From an uncultured Lachnospiraceae bacterium (GTDB taxonomy: Bacteria > Bacillota > Clostridia > Oscillospirales > CAG-272), in contig CAYYND010000001.1 in the NCBI GenBank assembly GCA_964472845.1, forward strand, positions 5,427-63,653: a DNA stretch of 58,227 nt. Reading direction: 5' to 3'. Below the pieces are notes generated by a model. It was not told the origin of the DNA, did no database searches, and was given only the letters and a program-made list of their open reading frames with translations. Shown here in pieces: positions 43,737-53,047 of the stretch (its first letter is position 1; each line of letters begins with the position of its first letter). Position numbers and translations under genes: made by a program.

Positions 43737-44069
43737 ATGATAAAAAAGACGGGTGGCTTTGAAAAAAGCCTTGAAAATGAAAGCCTTGTGATAAAAATAC
43801 GGGGCGAGATAGACCATCACAGCGCGGTGGACATACGTGGAGACATAGATCGGCTGATATATGAGCTCTCTCCGCGAAGGCTCGTGATGGATCTTTCCGT
43901 AGTGGATTTTATGGACAGCTCCGGGCTGGGGCTCATTATGGGAAGGTATTCGGTTATGTCGGTGCTCGGTGGCGAAACGGTGCTGCGCGATCCCGCACCG
44001 TCAATACTTAAGATCATCAAGCTTGCGGGGCTTGAGAGAATGATAAAGATCGAAAAAAGCAAGAAATAA
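43737..44069 (+). CDS. spoIIAA: anti-sigma F factor antagonist SpoIIAA (STAS domain)
   Basis: LVIKIRGEIDHHSA...VDFMDSSGLGLI (phosphorylatable Ser in DSSG). It precedes spoIIAB-sigF. Confidence 0.88.
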   Translation: MIKKTGGFEKSLENESLVIKIRGEIDHHSAVDIRGDIDRLIYELSPRRLVMDLSVVDFMDSSGLGLIMGRYSVMSVLGGETVLRDPAPSILKIIKLAGLERMIKIEKSKK

Positions 44070-44096
44070 GCCGTGCAACAGAAAGGAAGGCAAAAT

Positions 44097-44573
44097 ATGA
44101 AAAAAAACACTGTAAAAAGAGATATGACCGTGCTTAACAGAGTAAAGCTCGTTATTCCATCGCTGTCCGTAAATGAAGGCTTTGCCCGTGCGGCAGTGGC
44201 GGCATTCTGCGCTCAGATAAATCCTTGCGCCGCTGAGCTTGCGGACATAAAATGTGCGGTCTCCGAGGCGGTCACGAACTGTATCGTTCACGCATATAAA
44301 AATACCCCGGAGGGAATGGGAAACATTACACTGACCGTAAAGCTTTGCGCCGACAGAGTGGTTATTGTCGAGATAAAGGACAGCGGTTGCGGAATCCCCG
44401 ATGTAAAAATGGCAAGGACGCCGCTTTTTACCACAGATGCAGCGGACGAGCGTAGCGGAATGGGATTTACGGTCATGGAAAGCTTTATGGACAGGCTTAG
44501 GGTAAGCTCCAAGGTCGGACGCGGAACCAAGGTCACAATGTACAAGTACCTGAAGGATCAGGAGAGCCTCTGA
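44097..44573 (+). CDS. spoIIAB: anti-sigma F factor SpoIIAB (serine kinase)
   Basis: VSEAVTNCIVHAY (N box) and DSGCGI...ERSGMGFTVM (G boxes). Confidence 0.9.
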   Translation: MKKNTVKRDMTVLNRVKLVIPSLSVNEGFARAAVAAFCAQINPCAAELADIKCAVSEAVTNCIVHAYKNTPEGMGNITLTVKLCADRVVIVEIKDSGCGIPDVKMARTPLFTTDAADERSGMGFTVMESFMDRLRVSSKVGRGTKVTMYKYLKDQESL

Positions 44574-44608
44574 ATACATAACAAGATCCTTATCAGGGAG
44601 GGGAAAAC

Positions 44609-45466
44609 GTGAGCTATTGTGAAAATGAAGTGCACGATCTCGGAGAATATCAAAACAGTGATGCTTGCTTGGAAGCGGAAGAGAGCGGCGTGGCAAAAGA
44701 GACTTCTGCCAAGGATATCGGCAGAGTACGGGATGCAAGTCCGCTTTATGCTAAGAATACCGAGCTCGTAAGACGTGCCGCTGAGGGGGATGAAAAAGCA
44801 CTTGAGGAGCTGGTAATTTCAAATATGGGGCTTGTGCGAAGTATCGCGCGTAAGTTTATTGATCGCGGCACGGACTATGAAGATCTTGTTCAGATAGGTA
44901 TTATGGGGATGCTTAAGGCGGCTGAAAGCTTTGACATTACCAGAGGGACGGTATTTTCAACCTATGCCGTACCTTTGATCGTGGGTGAGATACGCAGGCA
45001 TCTGCGCGATGACGGAATGATAAAGGTCAGCAGACAGTACAAGCGGCTCGGTATGGCGCTCAGCCGTGAGCGGAACCGTATATTAACCGAGGAGGGGCGA
45101 GAACCGCGCATAGAGGAGCTTGCGGCACTCTGCGGCTCGACTCCCGAGGAATGTGCTATGGCGCTTGAGGCGATATCTCCCGTTTCTTCTTTTTCGGACA
45201 CGGTGGGGGGAGACGAGAGTATGACGCTTGAAAGCACACTTGCCGACGCTGACAGCGAGGCGGAGATCGAGCGTATAAACGACCGCCTTGCGCTTAATCA
45301 GGCTATATCCAAAATGCAACCGACATGGAGAAAGATCGTGCTCTTGCGGTATTACAGAGGAAAGACTCAGCAGGAGACGGCGGATCTGCTCGGACTTTCA
45401 CAGGTCAAAGTATCGAGAGAGGAAAAGAAAATTATGGAGTTTTTGCGAGGGGAGCTCGTTGTATAG
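44609..45466 (+). CDS. sigF: RNA polymerase sporulation sigma factor SigF
   Basis: Region 2 is DLVQIGIMGMLKAAESFD...FSTYAVPLIVGEIRRHLRDDGMIKVSR. Region 4 is QQETADLLGLSQVKVSREEKKI. GTG start behind ggagggg. Confidence 0.88.
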   Translation: MSYCENEVHDLGEYQNSDACLEAEESGVAKETSAKDIGRVRDASPLYAKNTELVRRAAEGDEKALEELVISNMGLVRSIARKFIDRGTDYEDLVQIGIMGMLKAAESFDITRGTVFSTYAVPLIVGEIRRHLRDDGMIKVSRQYKRLGMALSRERNRILTEEGREPRIEELAALCGSTPEECAMALEAISPVSSFSDTVGGDESMTLESTLADADSEAEIERINDRLALNQAISKMQPTWRKIVLLRYYRGKTQQETADLLGLSQVKVSREEKKIMEFLRGELVV

Positions 45467-45576
45467 TGTGACCTTTGACTCTCGGCAAAATATTTAAAAA
45501 GCGCAGCGTCTCCGACACTTTAAAGAATATCATTGAAAAACGTTTGATTGAAACTTGCGACATTGCAAAAAAATAA

Positions 45577-45609
45577 CCGTTGTACCTACAAAGTGTACAA
45601 CGGCTTTTT
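45577..45609. terminator. bidirectional terminator between convergent sigF and aroQ
   Basis: ccgttgtac/gtacaacgg stem flanked by an A-run upstream and ttttt downstream. Confidence 0.8.
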
Positions 45610-45636
45610 GCTATATGGGAAGAAAGGTCGGCTCTT

Positions 45637-46080
45637 TCAGCCTTTGTTACGTGAGTCGAGGGCAACGATCACGTCGATCGCCTCAATGTAACTGTCAAAT
45701 CCGTGTCCCGCACAGAGTGCGACGCAGTTTTTTCTCATATAAGATATCTGTCTGAACTCCTCGCGCTCTGAGATGTCGGATATGTGAACCTCGACCGTCG
45801 GAATCCCCACTGCCGCTATTGCGTCTGCGATAGCTACCGAGGTGTGCGTGTAAGCCGCCGCATTCATAACTATCCCATCGAAGTTTCCGTAAGCTTGCTG
45901 TATTCTGTCTACAAGCGCACCTTCGTGATTGGATTGATAAAATTCGGCGACGATGCCGAGCTTATCGCAGTGATCTTGAATATAATTTACAAGATCCGAA
46001 TAGGTCTTGCTTCCGTATATCTTTGGCTGACGTATGCCGAGCATATTCATATTCGGACCGTTAATGATAAGGATCTTCAT
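45637..46080 (-). CDS. aroQ: type II 3-dehydroquinate dehydratase
   Basis: MKILIINGPNMNMLGIRQPKIYG...QSNHEG...NAAAYTHTS. Confidence 0.92.
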   Translation of the reverse strand: MKILIINGPNMNMLGIRQPKIYGSKTYSDLVNYIQDHCDKLGIVAEFYQSNHEGALVDRIQQAYGNFDGIVMNAAAYTHTSVAIADAIAAVGIPTVEVHISDISEREEFRQISYMRKNCVALCAGHGFDSYIEAIDVIVALDSRNKG

Positions 46081-46106
46081 AAGGTCGTGGTTCCTTTCTG
46101 TTCGTA

Positions 46107-47327
46107 TTATGAGCGCTTGCGAGCCTTTTTTCCTTTGTTAAGAACGGAAATAAAGATAATGAGTGCAACGGGAAATATCAGTGCAAAGATAAAAGATGCT
46201 GCGATATTTCCGCCGAACGCATCGGCGACGGCTCCGGTAGCGGCAGGGCCTATGAGGCATCCGAGATCTCCGCCGACCGCGAGCAGAGCAAACAGGGTGA
46301 CGCTGCCGTTTATTCTTTCAGCGGCGAGCGACAGCGCGCAGGGCCAAAGTATTCCGACCGAAAATCCGCAGAGAGAGCATCCGAGTAAGGAAATGAGACG
46401 TATCGGCGAGAGTGCCGCGACCAAATATGAAAGCGCGCAAAGCACCGAGCTTACAAGCATACATACCGTCGGATTCAAATGATCACTGAATTTTGAGTAC
46501 AGGATCCTTGCCATTCCCATAAGAATTCCGAAAAGGCAGGGTCCGAATATATCTCCGAGTGCTTTTGATATACCGAGACCGCTCTCCGCAAAACTCGACG
46601 ACCATTGAGACATAGCGAGCTCGGAAGCTCCGGAGCATACCATAATTCCAAAGAAAAGCAGAAAAACGGGATTTTTCAGAAGGCTTCCGATGGAAGTCCG
46701 CTGAGCCTTTTCCTTTCTTGCCTCGGGCGGTAACTTTGAAGGATCACCGTATATGGGAACGAAAATAAACATAACGAGGGCTATGAGAGGGGCGACAGTC
46801 CAAAGAAGCGCAATAATTCTCCAATTTTCAATGCCGGCAAAAAGGATAAAAAGCGTCGTTATGATGATAACGGAAGCTTGCCCCCAGCAGTAAAACGAGT
46901 GCAAAAGGCTCATATTTCCCGATTTGTTTTCGGCAGGACAAGCCTCTATGATGGGGCTTATCAGTACTTCCATAAGTCCGCCGCCGATGCCGCAGAACAC
47001 GTTGGATATTACAAGCCCCCAATAGGGATTTTTGAACCAAAAAGGGAATATCGCAAATCCGCCGATGCCTAACATAGCAATTATCAGCGCGGATATGATC
47101 AGTGATCTTTGCGAAAATTTATCCGAATATTTTGCCGTGAGAAGGTCGACCGCAAGTTCCACTCCGAAGCAAATGGTTATAAGAAGAGATATTTCCGAAA
47201 GAGATATATCGAACTGCTTTCCGAACTGTACGAACAAAAGCGGAGCAAAATTTACGACGACTGCCTGCGTGATGTAACTTGTACAACAGGCGATTATGGT
47301 GTGCTTTTGGTTTAGTTTCATTTTCAT
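46107..47327 (-). CDS. MFS transporter
   Basis: About 12 TM segments in an MFS-like arrangement. The start is uncertain (ATG at 47327, 47321 or 47360). Confidence 0.7.
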   Translation of the reverse strand: MKMKLNQKHTIIACCTSYITQAVVVNFAPLLFVQFGKQFDISLSEISLLITICFGVELAVDLLTAKYSDKFSQRSLIISALIIAMLGIGGFAIFPFWFKNPYWGLVISNVFCGIGGGLMEVLISPIIEACPAENKSGNMSLLHSFYCWGQASVIIITTLFILFAGIENWRIIALLWTVAPLIALVMFIFVPIYGDPSKLPPEARKEKAQRTSIGSLLKNPVFLLFFGIMVCSGASELAMSQWSSSFAESGLGISKALGDIFGPCLFGILMGMARILYSKFSDHLNPTVCMLVSSVLCALSYLVAALSPIRLISLLGCSLCGFSVGILWPCALSLAAERINGSVTLFALLAVGGDLGCLIGPAATGAVADAFGGNIAASFIFALIFPVALIIFISVLNKGKKARKRS

Positions 47328-47506
47328 TTTCAAAAGTGTCCTTTCAAAGCGGCGGAACATAAGACGCTTCCGTCGGTGTGGCTGAATTTGATATCATCCT
47401 TGCGGAAAATAAGTACCGTTGCTGAAACTATGAGAGAGAGCAATACAAGCAGATATCTTTTGTATGATGTTTTTTCTCTATAATCTTCGTATCTTTGCAG
47501 ATTGAG

Positions 47507-48313
47507 TTAATCGCACCACGATGCTATCATTTTTGCCCGTTCGGCTGCGTTGAAGATGAACTCTTCGGGCCACATAGCCTCATATTCGGGCTTTGAATGA
47601 ATGTTGAGCTCGAGAGTTATCGGAACATCCTTGCCGTATTTTTTCATATCACTGCCCACCTTTTTGAAATCCACCGAGCCATCGAAGGGCAGATAATGGA
47701 GATCGTCGTGCCAGGTAACGACAGAGGGATCCTTCATACCGAAATTGTCGTGCATATGTGTACATACAAGACGATCGCCGTACAGCTCCATCATATCGAT
47801 GTTAGGCGTATAGCAATGATTATGACCGCAGTCGTGGCAGAAGCCGAGATTTGCGGCGTCGCCGTAGCGTTTGAAAAGAAAAGCAAGATGCTCTGGGATC
47901 TCGAGATTCTCAAGGGCTATCGTAACGCCTCTTTTTGCGGCGTGTTCTATGATTTTTCCGAAGCGGTATGCGCCTATCTCGGACGGCGGAGGAGCGACTG
48001 CCGCTACGGTAACATGAGTTATCATAATGCCTATGCCGTTATCGCCGCAGGAATCGACGCAATCGCAAAACATTTTTTGATAGTCGTCTCCGGCGGTACC
48101 CTCTTCCCAGATGCAGTTCATCTTAGAGAAGGGGGCGTGAAGTGTTTGATAGACCAATCCCACTTTCGACGCTGTATCGGCGATGGAAGCAATATTGCGT
48201 TCTCTTGTCCAACCCGTGAAGAAGGACGAGAATCCTGCCGATTTTATCATAGGCAACTGTGCTTCTATTGAAATATCCATTCCCATTCCTGCGCTTATTC
48301 CTAACTTTTTCAT
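47507..48313 (-). CDS. sugar phosphate isomerase/epimerase (xylose isomerase-like TIM barrel)
   Basis: 268 aa. ALENLE...CHDCGHNH...HMHDN metal-ligand pattern of the AP_endonuc_2 fold. Confidence 0.65.
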   Translation of the reverse strand: MKKLGISAGMGMDISIEAQLPMIKSAGFSSFFTGWTRERNIASIADTASKVGLVYQTLHAPFSKMNCIWEEGTAGDDYQKMFCDCVDSCGDNGIGIMITHVTVAAVAPPPSEIGAYRFGKIIEHAAKRGVTIALENLEIPEHLAFLFKRYGDAANLGFCHDCGHNHCYTPNIDMMELYGDRLVCTHMHDNFGMKDPSVVTWHDDLHYLPFDGSVDFKKVGSDMKKYGKDVPITLELNIHSKPEYEAMWPEEFIFNAAERAKMIASWCD

Positions 48314-48334
48314 ATGTACCTCTCCTTTTTGTTT

Positions 48335-49045
48335 TTATTTTCTTTTTAGTGATCTTAGATATTCTTTAGTTGTATTATCGATGCGGAAGCTCTCGCAAGC
48401 TTTGGATATCGTTTTGTTGTGTACCCATACATCCGGTATCCGGGATTCGAGACAACCGATCGTGCTGTCGTATTGCTTTGCAAGCGCTGTCGCCAGATAC
48501 CAAGCACACATCATATTGACGTAGTATTTATCCGAGCGTACGCTTGCTACGATCTTCGGCATATGAGGCTCAAATCTTTCATCAAGAAAATATCTCATAA
48601 GTATCGCTATGCCGAATCTTACGGTGTATTCGTGCGTACTGCCAATCCACTCAAGTGCTTTTCCGTACAAAATATCGGCTTCCGCGTCGGAGAGCCTTGC
48701 GAAGGCTTTCGGAATAAAGCTGTCGCAGGTCGCCCAATTGTCTATATACGGCAGAAATCTTTCTGTTTCAGACAGCGCTTTTGAAAGATCCTTTTCTTCG
48801 GAAACGAGAAAGGCGTGAAGATGGTTTTCCTCGAAATACGTATGCGGAAGCTCTGACAGAAAGGACTCTGCCGCTTTCGTGCCGCGTATGCGCTTGGCAA
48901 GTGCGCGCAGTTGTGGGACTCTTATGCCTATCACAGAGTCTTTTTCAATGTTCGGCACGAGCTTTTGAGAGAATATTTTATAGTCCGAATCCGCAAGCTC
49001 GAGGAGCATATCAATGATGCCTTTTTGCGTTTGAATGTCGGTCAT
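48335..49045 (-). CDS. DNA alkylation repair protein (AlkD-like HEAT repeat family)
   Basis: KIFSQKLVPN...VIGIRVPQLRALAKRI and all-helical repeats typical of PF08713-type proteins, as I recall them. Confidence 0.6.
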   Translation of the reverse strand: MTDIQTQKGIIDMLLELADSDYKIFSQKLVPNIEKDSVIGIRVPQLRALAKRIRGTKAAESFLSELPHTYFEENHLHAFLVSEEKDLSKALSETERFLPYIDNWATCDSFIPKAFARLSDAEADILYGKALEWIGSTHEYTVRFGIAILMRYFLDERFEPHMPKIVASVRSDKYYVNMMCAWYLATALAKQYDSTIGCLESRIPDVWVHNKTISKACESFRIDNTTKEYLRSLKRK

Positions 49046-49267
49046 TTTATGCCTCCGATATAGGTCGTACTACTTTGAAAATTATACCATATCCTCATAA
49101 CAATTGTAGAGTCAACCTGTTAATAAATCGTAAAAGACCTGTTTTTTTCTTTTTGTTTTGAGCATTTACACAATAATTCATAACTTCATCACACAGAATT
49201 CCTAAACGGATCCTATAATTAAACCATAAGTTGTAATACCCGTGCGGTTTACAAAGGAGGTACTGAG

Positions 49268-50710
49268 ATGAAAACAGATCGAAAGATAACATCTAAGATA
49301 ATAGCGGTGATCGTATCGGTCGCCGCACTCTTGAGCACTTTGACCGCCTGCTCGTTCGGCTCGGACGGCAAGGACGGCACTAATGGACTTAACGGCTCTG
49401 ACGGAAAGAGCGCATATGAAATAGCCGTTGAGAACGGCTTTGTAGGAAGCGAGGCGGATTGGATCGCAAGTCTTAAAGGCTCGGACGGCGCAAACGGTTC
49501 GGATGGCAAGGACGGAGAGAACGGAGAGCTTTCCGATATGACTTCCGCCGCGCTCAATCTTCTTGTCGAGTCATATCAGCTGGCGGTAAAAGAGGGTTTT
49601 AGCGGCACTTTTGCGAAGTATATAGAGAGCTGCTTTTACGGGACTTCCGATACCGTGGCGCCGGCGGTAAACAAAGGACTTTTGTCCTCTGTCATCGTGT
49701 ACTGCAAGTTCAGTACGGTATCATCATTTCCATACGGAAGCTCGGGCTCGGGTTCTCAGCAGGGAAGCGGTGTAATATATAAGCTTGATAAGAGCAACGG
49801 AAACGCCTATATTATAACAAACCATCACGTCGTCTACAACTCGAGCAGCAGAACATCGAACGGTATCAGCGACGAAATAAGCGTATATCTCTACGGCAAC
49901 GTGACCGCCGAAGGAGCTGTCAAAGCGGAATACGTGGGAGGATCGCAGACATATGATATCGCGGTGCTGAAGATAACAGGAAGTGACGTAATAAAGAACA
50001 GTGTAGCGCAAGCCGTAACGGTTGCGGATTCAAACGAAATAGGCGTAGGAGACTGCGCAATTGCGATAGGAAACGCCGAGGGCCTTGGAATATCCGCAAC
50101 AACGGGTATAATAAGCGTTGATTCCGAGTACATCGAAATGACCTCGGTAACGGGGTACGGCAAGATACAGTACAGAGTTATGCGTATCGATACCGCGATA
50201 AATTCGGGCAACAGCGGCGGCGGACTTTTTAACAGCCGCGGAGAGCTGATAGGTATAGTGAACGCCAAGACCGCGGATACATCTGTGGAGGGTATAGGAT
50301 ATGCCATCCCTTCAAACATAGCGATCGGAGCGGCGCAGAACATAATAGATAACTGCGACGGGAAGGCGTATACTTGCGTAAGAAAATGTACGGTTGGGAT
50401 CACTCTGACGACGAAAGCGTCGATGGCAGTATATGATGCCGAGACGGGAAAAGTGTCTATAAAAGAAACGGTAGCCGTAAGCGAGGTCGGTGCGAACACA
50501 GCCGCCGAGGGCAAGCTCCGCGCGGGTGACGTGATCAAAAGCATAACCGTCGGCGGCAAGACCGTCTCGGCTGACCGTATGTTCTACATCATCGACGCAT
50601 TCCTCGGAATAAGAGCGGGTGAGAGCGTAACGATAGAGGTCGAGCGCAACGGTGAGAAGATAAACGTTGATATCACATTTGCCGACAGCGATATTACAAA
50701 TTATGACTAA
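49268..50710 (+). CDS. Lipoprotein S1C (HtrA/trypsin-like) serine protease with N-terminal collagen-like Gly-X-Y triplets and a C-terminal PDZ-like domain
   Basis: Lipobox LSTLTAC. GKDGTNGLNGSDGKS and GANGSDGKDGENGE triplets. Catalytic TNHHVV, DIAVLKI and GNSGGGLF. Confidence 0.8.
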   Translation: MKTDRKITSKIIAVIVSVAALLSTLTACSFGSDGKDGTNGLNGSDGKSAYEIAVENGFVGSEADWIASLKGSDGANGSDGKDGENGELSDMTSAALNLLVESYQLAVKEGFSGTFAKYIESCFYGTSDTVAPAVNKGLLSSVIVYCKFSTVSSFPYGSSGSGSQQGSGVIYKLDKSNGNAYIITNHHVVYNSSSRTSNGISDEISVYLYGNVTAEGAVKAEYVGGSQTYDIAVLKITGSDVIKNSVAQAVTVADSNEIGVGDCAIAIGNAEGLGISATTGIISVDSEYIEMTSVTGYGKIQYRVMRIDTAINSGNSGGGLFNSRGELIGIVNAKTADTSVEGIGYAIPSNIAIGAAQNIIDNCDGKAYTCVRKCTVGITLTTKASMAVYDAETGKVSIKETVAVSEVGANTAAEGKLRAGDVIKSITVGGKTVSADRMFYIIDAFLGIRAGESVTIEVERNGEKINVDITFADSDITNYD

Positions 50711-50769
50711 AAAAATTGTGCACTTTTCACAAAGATTCAAATTTTTATAATAAATATTCGTTGGAACTA

Positions 50770-50798
50770 TTTACAAGATCGACGGATTATGGTAAAAT
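50770..50798 (+). promoter_or_regulatory. candidate extended -10 promoter of hpf
   Basis: tttaca-N17-taaaat, preceded by TGg. Confidence 0.5.
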
Positions 50799-50853
50799 AA
50801 TATCGGGGCAAGATCAAGATATCATTGCTCAATAAATCAAGGAGGTAAGACTA

Positions 50854-51402
50854 ATGAAGATCACAACAGTCGGCAGACAAATGAACGTTCCCGAGGAAAC
50901 CAAGGCAGTGCTTGTAAAAAAGCTTTCAAAGCTTGATAAGTACTTTGATAAAGAGGGCGATGCCACGGTAACCTTCAGCCGTAAGCACGGCAAAAGGTAC
51001 ATCGAAGTTACGATAAGCGCGGCAAATACACTTTTCAGATGTGAGCTCGAGGGCGAATCCTTCAGAGAGTCTATTGACCGTGCCGTTGAGACCATAGAAG
51101 GTCAGATACGCAAAAACAAGACCCGCCTTGAAAAGAGGCTTCGCGATGACGCATTTGATGTTCCTTATTCGGATGACGAGGGATACAGCGAGCTTCTTGA
51201 CGATTATGATGAGGAGCCTGAATTTACCATCAGAAGAAAAAGCTTCTACTTCAAGCCTATGACGGTCGAGGAGGCTATACTTCAAATGAATCTTCTCGGA
51301 CATCAGTTCTTCGTATTCAAGGATGCGGAAACAGAGCAGACCTGTGTGGTATACGCGAGGAAGGACGGAGCATATGGGCTCATTACTCCCGATGAGGATT
51401 GA
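50854..51402 (+). CDS. hpf: ribosome hibernation promoting factor (long HPF)
   Basis: MKITTVGRQMNVPEETKAVLVKKLSKLDKYF and the C-terminal dimerisation domain KPMTVEEAILQMNLLGHQFFVF. Confidence 0.9.
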   Translation: MKITTVGRQMNVPEETKAVLVKKLSKLDKYFDKEGDATVTFSRKHGKRYIEVTISAANTLFRCELEGESFRESIDRAVETIEGQIRKNKTRLEKRLRDDAFDVPYSDDEGYSELLDDYDEEPEFTIRRKSFYFKPMTVEEAILQMNLLGHQFFVFKDAETEQTCVVYARKDGAYGLITPDED

Positions 51403-51456
51403 TTGCAAAGATCAAAGCTAAAGGCTGAAAATTAAAGTGAATATTTGATTTAAACG

Positions 51457-51492
51457 GGGCTGTCGGTGTTTTATGCCGACAGTCCCTCTTTT
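51457..51492. terminator. terminator hairpin between convergent hpf and the small ORF
   Basis: gggctgtcgg/ccgacagtccc stem followed by tctttt. Confidence 0.7.
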
Positions 51493-51499
51493 GATGACT

Positions 51500-51721
51500 T
51501 TATTCTACAAGTGTTTTTACAAGCTCGTTCATTTCCTTTCGCGAGGTAACGGAGTGCGCTTTTTCTATATACTGCTGTCTTTCACTTTCGGGAAGCGCGG
51601 CAAATACTTTCATAGCGGGAATATTGTGCGTCAGTGCCATACCGAGCCCGAGCGGAAGATCGCCCGTGTACTCATAATTTGTATTAATATCTCTTTTTTT
51701 ATCGTTTTCGTTTTTCATCAT
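51500..51721 (-). CDS. hypothetical small protein (73 aa)
   Basis: I chose the ATG at 51721, behind aggaga. No recognised motif. Confidence 0.45.
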   Translation of the reverse strand: MMKNENDKKRDINTNYEYTGDLPLGLGMALTHNIPAMKVFAALPESERQQYIEKAHSVTSRKEMNELVKTLVE

Positions 51722-51935
51722 TCGAATGTTCTCCTGAAATATTTTTTGAGGGAGGCTCTTGATGATATTTTTGACACGGCAGGGCAATATTACACTTGGA
51801 AAAATCAGGACATATACTTTTCGGACATCTTGTTATCCGTTCTCAACGTGTGCTTCGTTGAAAATAAAGCACAGCTGTCGAAATGCGATCGATCGAAATA
51901 TAATACAAGGCGGCGCTGATCTGCTTAAAATCGTC

Positions 51936-51974
51936 AAAAAAAAGACAGATCCGACGGTAAGAAGGGATCTGTCT
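51936..51974 (-). terminator. rho-independent terminator at the end of the GldAFG-like operon
   Basis: agacagatcc/ggatctgtct stem with a T8 run on the minus strand. Confidence 0.8.
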
Positions 51975-52016
51975 TTGAATTTTTATTTAGATCCTTGCGG
52001 ATCTTATGAGTGTGCG

Positions 52017-53039
52017 TTACCGCTCGACGTTTTCTGCGTCGGTCAGAATGCCGAATATAGCGGGGCTCAATGTATAAACGTAAGGGGATCCCTCCAGCTT
52101 TGCGTAAAAGAGCCCGTCATTGGATTCTTTGCCGAGGAGTATGACTTTAGACGTCTCGGTGTATTTGCCCGAGGACGTGTCCTTTTCCCGATAAGCCAAC
52201 GTGATCTTGATCGGATCGTCAAGCCCGTATTCCGCAAGCTTCGAGGAGTCGTAGGTAATAAAATCCTTGAATTCCATTTCTGTTACGGCTTGTGAGAGCC
52301 CGCCGTTTATTTCATCTCCGGGATAGCTCGCCTCTCCGCCGTTGACGGCAAGCTGCCAACGTCCCGAGACCTCATCGCCTGTTTCCGCCTCGTCTTCGTG
52401 CCATACATAAAGATAAATGTTTTCGGATCCTTCCACCTTTACGGATATGACGTTTGACAGGGAAAGGGTCGGGAGAGTGTCGTGCTGTAACATATCATCG
52501 GGAGTATATTTGAATTTGCTGAGCAGTCCTTCTTCGACCATATATACGTTGGACGGAGACGACGCCTCGTTGATGTAATACATTCCGTTATATGTGTTCT
52601 TTATTCCGATGTTGAAGCAAAGTTCTCCGTTGACGGAATCCGAAAATCTTATGACAGCGGTCGGGGTGTTGAGCCCGTATGCGGTCAGTTCTGAGTCGGT
52701 CACATTTTCAAGCATCACGCTTGAGGAAAGATTTGTAAAAGCGTTTATCATATATGTGAATTTGTCGACGCTGAGGATAAGATCGGGATCCTCCTTCCAC
52801 AGCCAAGCCGATCCGTCATCATTCATAACAAATGAATAGGTCTTTTCGAGATATGTGTAGGAGATCTTTGTAAGAGATTTGGCATCGATCGACGCGACGG
52901 GGTAGGTTACGGCATCTGTATCGTCTTGAGTGCTGTCGGAGCTGTCGTCGGACGAACCGGAAAGCACGACACCGATATATATTGCCAATAATACCACGAA
53001 CACGACGGACAGGACGATAAGCCCTTTGTGTTTTTTCAT
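52017..53039 (-). CDS. DUF4340 domain protein (N-terminal membrane anchor)
   Basis: Single TM helix (GLIVLSVVFVVLLAIYIGVVL), then a beta-rich extracytoplasmic region. It follows the GldG-like gene, as DUF4340 genes typically do. Confidence 0.6.
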   Translation of the reverse strand: MKKHKGLIVLSVVFVVLLAIYIGVVLSGSSDDSSDSTQDDTDAVTYPVASIDAKSLTKISYTYLEKTYSFVMNDDGSAWLWKEDPDLILSVDKFTYMINAFTNLSSSVMLENVTDSELTAYGLNTPTAVIRFSDSVNGELCFNIGIKNTYNGMYYINEASSPSNVYMVEEGLLSKFKYTPDDMLQHDTLPTLSLSNVISVKVEGSENIYLYVWHEDEAETGDEVSGRWQLAVNGGEASYPGDEINGGLSQAVTEMEFKDFITYDSSKLAEYGLDDPIKITLAYREKDTSSGKYTETSKVILLGKESNDGLFYAKLEGSPYVYTLSPAIFGILTDAENVER

Positions 53040-53047
53040 ATTCGCGC

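Noticed and set aside
44001-44738. 245-aa ORF on the minus strand
   Set aside because: It is antisense to spoIIAB and to the 5' end of sigF.
49330-49530. Collagen-like triplets as a sign of a prophage tail-fibre gene
   Set aside because: The reading frame continues into a complete S1C protease, and no phage structural, integrase or lysis genes flank it.
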